Source: Eledone cirrhosa
Taxonomy: Eukaryota
Assembly: GCA_964016885.1 (NCBI GenBank)
Contig: OZ024744.1
Location: 18,290,001-18,354,000 of the forward strand
Direction of reading: 5' to 3'
Length of the DNA: 64,000 nt
The position numbers and the translations under genes were made by a program. Below the pieces are notes generated by a model that was not told where the DNA came from, did not search any database, and saw nothing but the letters and a program-made list of their open reading frames with translations. Shown here piece after piece: positions 26,901-39,880 of the stretch (the first letter of the stretch is position 1; every line of letters starts with the position of its first letter).

Positions 26901-29900
26901 GTTTCTGTATGTCTGTGTCACTGTGTATGTCACTGTATGTTTGTGTGTGTCTGTGTCACTGTGTATGTCAATGCCTCTGTGTGTTTCTATATGTCTGTGT
27001 CTCTGTGTATGTCACTGTATCTGTGTGTATGTATGTGTCACTGTGTATGTCACTGTGTGTTTCTGTATGTCTGTGTCACTGTGTATATCACTGTGTGTTT
27101 CTGTATATCTGTGTCTCTGTGTATGTCACTGTATCTTTGTGTATGTCTGGGTCACTGTGTATGTCATTGTATATTTGTGTATGTCTGTGTCACGGTGTAT
27201 ATCACTGTATGTTTGTGTATGTCTGTGTCACTGTGTATGTCCCTGTATGTTTCTGTATGTCTGTGTCACTGTGTATATCAATGTGTGTTTCTGTATCTCT
27301 GTGTCACGGTGTATGTCACTGCATGTTTGTGTATGTCTGTGTGACTGTGAATGTCACTGTGTGTTTCTGTATGGCTGTGTCACTGTGTATGTCACTGTAT
27401 CTTTGTGTATGTCTGTGTCACTGTGTATGTCACAGTGTGTTTCTATATGTCTGTGTCACTGTCTATGTCACTGTATGTTTCTGAATGTCTGTGTCACTGT
27501 GTATGTCACTGTGTGTTTCTGTATGTCTGTGTCACGGTGTATGTCACTGTATGTTTGTGTGTGACTGTGTCACTGTGTATGTCACTCTGTGTTTGTGTAT
27601 GTCTGTGTCACTGTATGTTTCTGTATGTCTGTGTCACTGTGTATGTCACTGTGTGTTTATGTATGTCTGTGTCACCGTGTATGTCATTGTATCTTTGTGT
27701 CTGTCTGTGTCACTGTGTATGTCACTGTATGTTTCTGTAAGTTTGTGTCACTGTGTATGTCACTGTGTGTTTCTGTATGTCTGTGTCTCTGTGTATGTCA
27801 CTGTATGTTTCTGTATGTCTGTTTCACTGTGTATGTCACTGTGTCTTTATGTATATCTGTGTCACTCTGTATGTCACTGTATATTTCTGTATGTCTGTGT
27901 CACTGTGTATGTCACTGTATGTTTCTGTATGTCTGTGTCACTGTGTATGTCACTGTATGTTTCTGTATGTCTGTGTCACTGTGTATGTCACTGTATGTTT
28001 CTGTATGTCTGTTTCACTGTGTATGTCACTGTGTGTTTCTGTATGTCTGTGTCACTCTGTATGTCACTGTATATTTCTGTATATCTGTGTCACTGTGTAT
28101 GTCACTGTATGTTTCTGTATGTCTGTGTCACTGTGTATGTCACTGTGTGTTTCTGTATGTCTGTGTCACTGTATATGTCACTGTATCTTTGTGTATGCCT
28201 GTGTCACTGTTTATGTCACTGTATGTTTCTGTAAGTCTGTTTCACTGTGTATGTCACTGTATATTTGTGTATGTCTGTGTCACTCTGTATGTCACTGTGT
28301 GTTTCTGTATGTCTGTGTCACTATGTATGCCACTGTATGTTTGTGTTATCTGTGTCATTGTGTATGTCACTGGGTGTTTCTGTATGTCTGTGTCACTGTG
28401 TATGACACTGTGTGTTTCTGTATGTATGTATCACTGTGTATGTCACTGTGTGTTTCTGTATGTCTGTGTCACTATGTAAGTCATTGTATCTTTGTGTATG
28501 TCTGTGGCACTCTGTATGTTGTTGTGTGTTTCTGTATGTATGTGTCTCTGTGTATGTCACTGTATCTTTGTGTATGTATGTGTCGCTGTGTATGTTACTG
28601 TGAGTTTATGTATGTCTGTGTCACTGTGTATGTCACTGTATGTCTATGTATGTCTGTGTCACTGTCTATGTCACTGTATCTTTGTGTATGTCTGTATCAC
28701 TGTGTATGTCACTGTGTGTTTATGTATGTCTGTGTCTCTGTGTATGTCACAGTGTGTTTCTGTATATCTGTGTCTCTGTGTATGTCACTGTATCTTTGTG
28801 TATGTCTGTGTCACTGTGTATGTCACTGTATGTTTCTGTATGTATGTTTCACCGTGTATGTCACTAAATGTTTGTGTGTGTCTGTGTCTCTGTGTATGTC
28901 ACTGTGTGTTTCGTGTGTCTGTGTCACTGTGTATGTCACTGTGTGTTTCTGTATGTCTGTGTGACTGTGTATGTCACTGTTTGTTTGTGTATGTATGTGT
29001 CACTGTGTGTGTTTCTGTATGTCTGTGTCACTGTGTATGTCATTGCATCTTTGTGTATGTCTGTGTCACTGTGTATGTCACAGTGTGTTTCTGTATGTCT
29101 GTGTCACTGTCTATGTCACTGTATGTTTCTGAATGTCTGTGTCACTGTGCATGTCACTGTGTGTTTCTGTATGTCTGTGTCACGTTGTATGTCACTGTAT
29201 GTTTGTGTGTGACTGTGTCACTGTGTATGTCACTGTGTGTTTGTGTATGTCTGTGTCACTGTATGTTTCTGTATGTCTGTGTCACTGTGTATGTCACTGT
29301 GTGTTTCTGTATGTCTGTGTCACTGTGTATGTCATTGTATCTTTGTGTGTGACTGTGTCACTGTGTATGTCACTGTGTGTTTGTGTATGTCTGTGTCACT
29401 GTATCTTCGCGTATGTCTGCGTCACTGTGTATGTCACTGTGTGTTTCTGCATGTCTGTGTCACTGTGTATGTCACAGTGTGTTTCTGTATATCTGTGACT
29501 CTGTGTATGTCACTGTATCTTTGTGTATGTCTGTGTCACTGTGTATGTCACTGTATGTTTCTGTATGTATGTTTCACCGTCTATGTCACTAAATGTTTGT
29601 GTGTGTCTGTGTCTCTGTGTATGTCACTGTGTGTTTGCCTGTGTCTGTGTCACTGTGTATGTCACTGTGTGTTTCTGTATGTCTGTGTGACTGTGTATGT
29701 CACTGTTTGTTTGTGTATGTCTGTGTCACTGTGTGTGTTTCTGTATGTCTGTGTCTCTGTGTATGTCACTGTGTCTTTATGTATGTCTGTGTCACTCTGT
29801 ATGTCACTGTATATTTCTGTATGTCCGTGTCACTGTGTATGTCACTGTATGTTTCTGTATGTTTGTGTCACTGTGTATGTCACTGTATGTTTCTGTATGT

Positions 29901-31322
29901 CTGTTTCACTGTGTATGTCACTGTGTCTTTATGTATGTCTGTGTCACTCTGTATGTCACTGTATATTTCTGTATGTCTGTGTCACTGTGTATGTCACTGT
30001 ATGTTTCTGTATGTCTGTGTCACTGTGTATGTCACTATGTGTTTCTGTATGTCTGTGTCACTGTATATGTCACTGTATCTTTGTGTATGCCTATGTCACT
30101 GTTTATGTCACTGTATGTTTCTGTATGTCTGTTTCACTGTGTATGCCACTATATATTTGTGTATGTCTGTGTCACTCTGTATGTCACTGTGTGTTTCTGT
30201 ATGTCTGTGTCACTATGTATGCCACTGTATGTTTGTGTTATCTGTGTCATTGTGTATGTCACTGGGTGTTTCTGTATGTATGTGTCACTGTGTATGACAC
30301 TGTGTGTTTCTGTATGTATGTATCACTGTGTATGTCACTGTGTGTTTCTGTATGTCTGTGTCACTATGTAAGTCATTGTATCTTTGTGTATGTCTGTGGC
30401 ACTCTGTATGTCGTTGTGTGTTTCTGTATGTATGTGTCTCTGTGTATGTCACTGTACATTTGTGTATGTATGTGTCACTGTGTATGTCACTGTGAGTTTA
30501 TGTATGTCTGTGTCACTGTGTATGTCACTGTATGTCTATGTATATCTGTGTCACTGTCTATATCACTGTATCTTTGTGTATGTCTGTATCACTGTGTATG
30601 TCACTGTGTGTTTATGTATGTCTGTGTCTCTGTGTATGTCACTGTATCTTTGCGTATGTCTGCGTCACTGTGTATGTCACTGTGTGTTTCTGTATGTCTG
30701 TGTCACTGTGTATGTCACAGTGTGTTTCTGTATATCTGTGTCTCTGTGTATGTCTCTGTATCTTTGTGTATGTCTGTGTCACTGTGTATGTCACTGTATG
30801 TTTCTGTATGTATGTTTCACTGTGTATGTCACTAAATGTTTGTGTGTGTCTGTGTCACTGTGTATGTCACTGTGTGTTTTCTGTATGTATGTGTGACTGT
30901 GTATGTCACTGTTTCTTTGTGTATGTCTGTGTCACTGTGTGTGTTTCTGTATGTCTGTGTCACTGTGTATGTCATTGCATCTTTGTGTATGTCTGTGTCA
31001 CTCTGTATGTCACTGTGTGTTTCTGCATGTCTGCGTCACTGTGTATGTCAATGTGTGTTCCTGTATGTCTGTGTCACTGTGTATGTCACTGTATGTTTCT
31101 GTATGTCTGTTTCACTGTGTATATCACTGTGTGTTTCTGTATGTCTGTGTCACTGTATATGTCACTGTATCTTTGTGTATGCCTGTGTCACTGTCTATGT
31201 CACTGTATGTTTCTGTATGTCTGTTTCACTGTGTATGTCACTGTATATTTGTGTATGTCTGTGTCACTCTGTATGTCACTGTGTGTTTCTGTATGTCTGT
31301 GTCACTATGTATGCCACTGTAT
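20966..31322. repeat. Near-perfect tandem duplication, period 5043 bp (~2.05 copies)
   Basis: Identical ORF translations at offset 5043 (21152/26195, 21314/26357, 22308/27351, 24194/29237, 25860/30903). Only one difference found by eye: CACGGTG near 24140 vs CACGTTG near 29183. Confidence 0.93.
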
Positions 31323-34300
31323 ATTTGTGTTGTCTGTGTCATTGTGTATGTCACTGGGTGTTTCTGTATGTCTGTGTCACTGTGTATGACACTGTGTCTT
31401 TCTGTATGTATGTATCACTGTGTATGTCACTGTGTGTATCTGTATGTCTGTGTCACTGTGTAAGTCATTGTATCTTTGTGTATGTCTGTGGCACTCTGTA
31501 TGTCGTTGTGTGTTTCTGTATGTATGTGTCTCTGTGTATGTCACTGTATATTTGTGTATGTATGTGTCACTGTGTATGTCACTGTGAGTTTCTCTATGTC
31601 TGTGTCACTGTGTATGTCACTGTATGTCTCTGTATGTCTGTGTCACTGTCTATGTCACTGTATCTTTGTGTATGTCTGTGTCACTGTGTATGTCACAGTG
31701 TGTTTATGTATTTCTGTGTCTCTGTGTATGCCACTGTATCTTTGTGTATGTCTGCGTCACTGTGTATGTCACTGTGTGCTTCTGTATGTCTGTGTCACTG
31801 TGTATGTCACAGTGTGTTTCTGTATATATGTGTCTCTGTGTATGTCACTGTATCTTTGTGTATGTCTGTGTCACTGTGTGTTTCTGTATGTCTGTGTCAC
31901 TGTGTATGTCACTGTGTGTTTGTGTATGTCTGTGTCACTGTATGTTTCTGTATGTCTGTGTCACTGTGTATGTCACCGTATGTGTGTGTATGTCTGTGCC
32001 ACGGTGTATGTCACTGTATCTTTGTGTATGCCTGTGTCACTGTGTATGTCACTGTGTGTTTCTGTATGTCTGTGTCACTGTGTATGTCACTGTATCTTTG
32101 TGTATGTATGTGTCACTGTGTATGTCACTGTGTGTTTCTGTATGTCTGTGTCACTGTGTATATCACTGTGTGTTTCTGTATATCTGTGTCTCTGTGTATG
32201 TCACTGTATCTTTGTGTATGTTTGGGTCACTGTGTATATCACTGTATGTTTGTGTATATCTGTGTCACGGTGTATGTCACTGCATGTTTGTGTATGTCTG
32301 TGTGACTGTGTATGTCACTGTGTGTTTTTGTATGGCTGTGTCACTGTGTATGTCACTGTATCTTTGTGTATGTCTGTGTCACTGTGTATGTCACAGTGTG
32401 TTTCTGTATGTCTGTGTCACTGTCTATGTCACTGTATGTTTCTGAATGTCTGTGTCACTGTGTATGTCACTGTGTGTTTCTGTATGTCTGTGTCACGGTG
32501 TATGTCACTGTATGTTTGTGTGTGACTGTGTCACTGTGTATGTCACTGTGTGTCTGTGTATGTCTGTGCCACTGTATGTTTCTGTATGTCTGTGTCACTG
32601 TGTATGTCACTGTGTGTTTCTGTACGTCTGTGTCACTGTGTATGTCATTGTATCTTTGTGTATGTCTGTGTCACTGTGTATGTCACTGTATGTTTCTGTA
32701 AGTTTGTGTCACTGTGTATGTCACTGTGTGTTTCTGTATGTCTGTGTCTCTGTGTATGTCAGTGTATGTTTCTGTATGTCTGTTTCACTGTGTATGTCAC
32801 TGTGTCTTTATGTATGTCTGTGTCACTCTGTATGTCACTGTATATTTCTGTATGTCTGTGTCACTGTGTATGTCACTGTATGTTTCTGTATGTTTGTGTC
32901 ACTGTGTATGTCACTGTATGTTTCTGTATGTCTCTTTCACTGTGTATGTCACTGTGTCTTTATGTATGTCTGTGTCACTCTGTATGTCACTGTATATTTC
33001 CGTATGTCTGTGTCACTGTGTATGTCACTGTATGTTTCTGTATGTCTGTGTCACTGTGTATGTCACTGTATGTTTCTGTATGTCTGTTTCACTGTGTATG
33101 TCACTGTGTGTTTCTGTATGTCTGTGTCACTCCGTATGTCACTGTATATTTCTGTATGTCTGTGTCACTGTGTATGTCACTGTATGTTTCTGTATGTCTG
33201 TGTCACTGTGTATGTCACTGTGTGTTTCTGTATGTCTGTGTCACTGTATATGTCACTGTATCTTTGTGTATGCCTGTGTCACTGTTTATGTCACTGTATG
33301 TTTCTGTAAGTCTGTTTCACTGTGTATGTCACTGTGTGTTTCTGTATGTCTGTGTCACTATGTATGCCACTGTATGTTTGTGTTATCTGTGTCATTGTGT
33401 ATGTCACTGGGTGTTTCTGTATGTCTGTGTCACTGTGTATGACACTGTGTGTTTCTGTATGTATGTATCACTGTGTATGTCACTGTGTGTTTCTGTATGT
33501 CTGTGTCACTATGTAAGTCATTGTATCTTTGTGTATGTCTGTGGCACTCTGTATGTTGTTGTGTGTTTCTGTATGTATGTGTCTATGTGTATGCCACTGT
33601 ATCTTTGTGTATGTATGTGTCACTGTGTATGTTACTGTGAGTTTATGTATGTCTGTGTCACTGTGTATGTCACTGTATGTCTATGTATGTCCGTGTCACT
33701 GTCTATGTCACTGTATCTTTGTGTATGTCTGTATCACTGTGTATGTCACTGTGTGTTTATGTATGTCTGTGTCTCTGTGTATGTCACTGTATCTTTGCGT
33801 ATGTCTGCGTCACTGTGTATGTCACTGTGTGTTTCTGTATGTCTGTGTCACTGTGTATGTCACAGTGTGTTTCTGTATATCTGTGTCTCTGTGTATGTCA
33901 CTGTATATTTGTGTATGTCTGTGTCACTGTGTATGTCACTGTATGTTTTTGTATGTATGTTTCACTGTGTATGTCACTAAATGTTTGTGTGTGTCTGTGT
34001 CTCTGTGTATGTCACTGTGTGTTTGCGTGTGTCTGTGTCACTGTGTATGTCACTGTGTGTTTCTGTATGTCTGTGTGACTGTGTATGTCACTGTTTGTTT
34101 GTGTATGTCTGTGTCACTGTGTGTGTTTCTGTATGTCTGTGTCACTGTGTATGTCATTGCATCTTTGTGTATGTCTGTGTCACTTTGTATGTCACTGTGT
34201 GTTTCTGCATGTCTGTGTCACTGTGTATGTCACTGTGTGTTCCTGTATGTCTGTGTCACTGTGTATGTCACTGTATGTTTCTGTATGTCTGTTTCACTGT

Positions 34301-36554
34301 GTATATCACTGTGTGTTTCTGTATGTCTGTGTCACTGTATACGTCACTGAATCTTTGTGTATGCCTGTGTCACTGTCTATGTCACTGTATGTTTCTGTAT
34401 GTCTGTTTCACTGTGTATGTCACTGTATATTTGTGTATGTCTGTGTCACTCTGTATGTCACTGTGTGTTTCTGTATGTCTGAGTCACTTTGTATGCCACT
34501 GTATGTTTGTGTTGTCTGTGTCATTGTGTATGTCACTGGGTGTTTCTGTATGTCTGTGTCACTGTGTATGACACTGTGTCTTTCTGTATGTATGTATCAC
34601 TGTGTATGTCACTGTGTGTATCTGTATGTCTGTGTCACTGTGTAAGTCATTGTATCTTTGTGTATGTCTCTGGCACTCTGTATGTCGTTGTGTGTTTCTG
34701 TATGTATGTGTCTCTGTGTATGTCACTGTATCTTTGTGTATGTATGTGTCACTGTGTATGTCACTGTGAGTTTCTCTATGTCTGTGTCACTGTGTATGAC
34801 ACTGTATGTCTCTGTATGTCTGTGTCACTGTCTATGTCACTGTATCTTTGTGTATGGCTGTGTCACTGTGTATGTCACTGTGTGTTTATGTATTTCTGTG
34901 TCTCTGTGTATGCCACTGTATCTTTGTGTATGTCTGCGTCACTGTGTATGTCACTGTGTGTTTCTGTATGTCTGTGTCACTGTGTATGTCACGGTGTGTT
35001 TCTGTATATATGTGTCACTGTGTATGTCACTGTATGTGTGTGTGTGTCTGTGTCACTGTGTATGTCACTGTGTGTTTGTGTATGTCTGTGTCACTGTATC
35101 TTTGTGTATGCATGTGTCACTGTGTATGTCACTGTATCTTTATGTATGTCTGTGTCACTGTATATGTCACTGTATCTTTGTGTATGTCTACGTCACTGTG
35201 TATCTCACTGTGTGTTTCTGTATGTCTGTGTCTTTGTGTATGTTACTGTACCTTTGTGTATGTCTGTGTCACTGCGTATGTCACTGTATCTTTGTGTATG
35301 TCTGTGTCACTGTGTATGTCACTGTATCTTTGCGTATGTCGGTGTCACCGTGTATGTCACTGTAACGTTGTGTATGTCTGTGTCACTGTGTATGTCACTG
35401 TATCTTTGTGTATGTCTGTGTCACTGTGTATGTCACTGTGTGTTTCTGTATATATGTGTCACGGTGTATGTCACTGTATGTTTGTGTATATCTGTGTCAC
35501 TGTGTATGTCACTGTATCTTTGTGTATGTCGGTGTCACTGTGTATGTTACTGTGTGTTTCTGTATGTCTGTGTCACTGTGTTTGTCTGTGTGTGTTTCTG
35601 TATGCCTGTGTCACTGTGTATATCACTGTATGTTTGTGTGTGTCTGTGTCACTGTGTATGTCACTGTATGTCTCTGTATGTCTGTGTCACTGTCTATGTC
35701 ACTGTATCTTTGTGTATGTCTGTGTCACTGTGTATGTCACTGTGTGTTTATGTATTTCTGTGTCTCTGTGTATGCCACTGTATCTTTGTGTATGTCTGCG
35801 TCACTGTGTATGTCACTGTGTGTTTCTGCATGTCTGTGTCACTGTGTATGTCACAGTGTGTTTCAGTATATATGTGTCTCTGTGTATGTCACTGTATCTT
35901 TGTGTATGTCTGTGTCACTCTGTGTTTCTGTATGTCTGTGTCACTGTGTATGTCACTGTATGTTTGTGTGTGTCTGTGTCACTGTGTCTGTGTCACTGTG
36001 TATGTCACTGTGTGTTTGTGTATGTCTGTGTCACTGTATGATTCTGTATGTCCGTGTCACTGTGTATGTCACTGTGTGTTTCTGTATGTCTGTGTCACTG
36101 TGTATATCACTGTATGTTTGTGTGTGTCTGTGTCACTGTGTATGTCAATGTCTCTGTGTGTTTCTGTATGTCTGTGTCTCTGTGTATGTCACTGTATCTT
36201 TGTGTATGTATGTGTCACTGTGTATGTCACTGTTTGTTTCTGTATGTCTGTGTCACTGTGTATATCACTGTGTGTTTCTGTATATCTGTGTCTCTGTGTA
36301 TGTCACTGTATCTTTGTGTATGTATGTGTCACTGTGTATGTCACTGTGTGTTTCTGTATGTCTGTGTCACTGTGTATATCAATGTGTGTTTCTGTATCTC
36401 TGTGTCACGGTGTATGTCACTGAATGTTTGTGTATGTCTGTGTGACTGTGTATGTCACTGTGTGTTTCTGTATGGCTGTGTCACTGTGTATGTCACTATA
36501 TATTTGTGTATGTCTGTGTCACTGTGTATGTGACAGTGTGTTTCTGTATGTCTG

Positions 36555-39500
36555 TGTCACTGTCTATGTCACTGTATGTTTCTGAATGTCTGTGTCACTG
36601 TGTATGTCACTGTGTGTTTCTGTATGTCTGTGTCACGGTGTATGTCATTGTATGTTTGTGTGTGTCTGTGTGACCGTGTATGTCACTGTGTGTTTGTGTA
36701 TGTCTGTGTCACTGTATGTTTCTGTATGTCTGTGTCACTGTGTATGTCACTGTGTGTTTCTGTATGTCTGTGTCACTGTGTATGTCATTGTATCTTTGTG
36801 TATGTCTGTGTCACTGTGTATGTCACCGTATGTTTCTGTATGTTTGTGTCACTGTGTATGTCACAGTGTGTTTCTGTATGTCTGTGTCTCTGTGTATGTC
36901 ACTGTATGTTTCTGTATGTCTGTTTCACAGTGTATGTCACTGTGTCTTTATGTATGTCTGTGTCACTCTGTATGTCACTGTATATTTCTGTATGTCTGTG
37001 TCACTCTGTATGTCACTGTATGTTTCTGTACGTCTGTGTCACTGTGTATGTCACTGTATGTTTCTGTATGTCTATGTCACTGTGTATGTCACTCTATGTT
37101 TCTGTATGTCTGTTTCAATGTGTATGTCACTGTGTGTTTCTGTATGTCTGTGTCACTCTGTATGTCACTGTATATTTCTGTATGTCTGTGTCACTGTGTA
37201 TGTCACTGTATGTTTCTGTATGTCTGTGTCACTGTGTATGTCACTGGGTGTTTCTGTATGTCTGTGTCACTGTATATGTCACTGTATCTTTGTGTATGCC
37301 TGTGTCACTGTTTATGTCACTGTATGTTTCTGTATGTCTGTTTCACTGTGTATGTCACTGTATATTTGTGTATGTCTGTGTCACTCTGTATGTCACTGTG
37401 TGTTTCTGTATGTCTGTGTCACTATGTATGCCACTGTATGTTTGTGTTATCTGTGTCATTGTGTATGTCACTGGGTGTTTCTGTATGTCTGTGTCACTGT
37501 GTATGACACTGTGTGTTTCTGTATGTATGTATCACTGTGTATGTCACTGTGTTTCTGTATGTCTGTGTCACTATGTAAGTCATTGTATCTTTGTGTATGT
37601 CTGTGCCACTCTGTATGTTGTTGTGTGTTTCTGTATGTATGTGTCTCTGTGTATGTCACTGTATCTTTGTGTATGTATGTGTCACTGTGTATGTTACTGT
37701 GAGTTTATGTATGTCTGTGTCACTGTGTATGTCACTGTATGTCTATGTATGTCTGTGTCACTATCTATGTCACTGTATCTTTGTGTATGTCTGTATCACT
37801 GTGTATGTCACTGTGTGTTTATGTATGTCTGTGTCTCTGTGTATGTCACTGTATCGTTGCGTATGTCTGCGTCACTGTGTATGTCACTGTGTGTTTCTGT
37901 ATGCCTGTGTCACTGTGTATGTCACAGTGTGTTTCTGTATATCTCTCTCTCTGTGTATGTCACTGTATCTTTGTGTATGTCTGTGTCACTGTGTATGTCA
38001 CTGTATGTTTCTGTATGTATGTTTCACTGTGTATGTCACTAAATGTTTGTGTGTGTCTGTGTCTCTGTGTATGTCACTGTGTGTTTGCGTGTGTCTGTGT
38101 CACTGTGTATGTCACTGTTTGTTTGTGTATGTCTGTGTCGCTGTGTGTGTTTCTGTAAGTCTGTGTCACTGTGTATGTCATTGCATCTTTGTGTATGTCT
38201 GTGTCACTCTGTATGTCACTGTGTGTTTCTGCATGTCTGTGTCACTGTGTATGTCACTGTGTGTTTCTGTATCTCTGTGTCACTGTCTATGTCACTGTAT
38301 GTTTCTGAATGTCTGTGTCACTGTGTATGTCACTGTGTATTTCTGTATGTCTGTGTCACGGTGTATGTCATTGTATGTTTGTGTGTGTCTGTGTCACCGT
38401 GTATGTCACTGTGTGTTTGTGTATGTCTGTGTCACTGTATGTTTCTGTATGTCTGTGTCACTGTGTATGTCACTGTGTGTTTCTGTATGTCTGTGTCACT
38501 GTGTATGTCATTGTATCTTTGTGTATGTCTGTGTCACTGTGTATGTCACTGTATGTTTCTGTATGTTTGTGTCACTGTGTATGTCACAGTGTGTTTCTGT
38601 ATGTCTGTGTCTCTGTGTATGTCACTGTATGTTTCTGTATGTCTGTTTCACTGTGTATGTCACTGTGTCTTTATGTATGTCTGTGTCACTCTGTATGTCA
38701 CTGTATATTTCTGTATGTCTGTGTCACTGTGTATGTCACTGTATGTTTCTGTACGTCTGTGTCACTGTGTATGTCACTGTATGTTTCTGTATGTCTGTGT
38801 CACTGTGTATGTCACTGTATGTTTCTGTATGTCTGTTTCAATGTGTATGTCACTGTGTGTTTCTGTATGTCTGTGTCACTCTGTATGTCACTGTATATTT
38901 CTGTATGTCTGTGTCACTGTGTATGTCACTGTATGTTTCTGTATGTCTATGTCACTGTGTATGTCACTGTGTGTTTCTGTATGTCTGTGTCACTGTATAT
39001 GTCACTGTATCTTTGTGTATGCCTGTGTCACTGTTTATGTCACTGTATGTTTCTGTATGTCTGTGTCACTGTGTATGTCACTGTATATTTGTGTATGTCT
39101 GTGTCACTCTGTATGTCACTGTGTGTTTCTGTATGTCTGTGTCACTATGTATGCCACTGTATGTTTGTGTTATCTGTCTCATTGTGTATGTCACTGGGTG
39201 TTTCTGTATGTCTGTGTCACTGTGTATGACACTGTGTGTTTCTGTATGTATGTATCACTGTGTATGTCACTGTGTTTCTGTATGTCTGTGTCACTATGTA
39301 AGTCATTGTATCTTTGTGTATGTCTGTGGCACTCTGTATGTTGTTGTGTGTTTCTGTATGTATGTGTCTCTGTGTATGTCACTGTATCTTTGTGTATGTA
39401 TGTGTCACTGTTTATGTTACTGTGAGTTTATGTATGTCTGTGTCACTGTGTATGTCACTGTATGTCTATGTATGTCTGTGTCACTGTCTATGTCACTGTA

Positions 39501-39880
39501 TCTTTGTGTATGTCTGTGTCACTGTGTATGTCACAGTGTGTTTCTGTATATCTGTGTCTCTGTGTATGTCACTGTATCTTTGTGTATGTCTGTGTCACTG
39601 TGTATGTCACAGTATGTTTCTGTATGTATGTTTCACTGTGTATGTCACTAAATGTTTGTGTGTGTCTGTGTCTCTGTGTATGTCACTGTGTGTTTGCGTG
39701 TGTCTGTGTCACTGTGTATGTCACTGTTTGTTTGTGTATGTCTGTGTCACTGTGTGTGTTTCTGTAAGTCTGTGTCACTGTGTATGTCATTGCATCTTTG
39801 TGTATGTCTGTGTCACTCTGTATGTCACTGTGTGTTTCTGCATGTCTGTGTCACTGTGTATGTCACTGTGTGTTCCTGTA
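36555..39880. repeat. Older tandem duplication, period 1723 bp (1609 after a 114-bp, three-monomer deletion), mostly nested in the 4543-bp unit
   Basis: ORF offsets 1723 (36586/38309, 37468/39191, 37591/39314), then 1609 (38043/39652). Shared 36-bp monomer GTCACTGTGTTTCTG near 37543 and 39266. Ends approximate. Confidence 0.8.
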
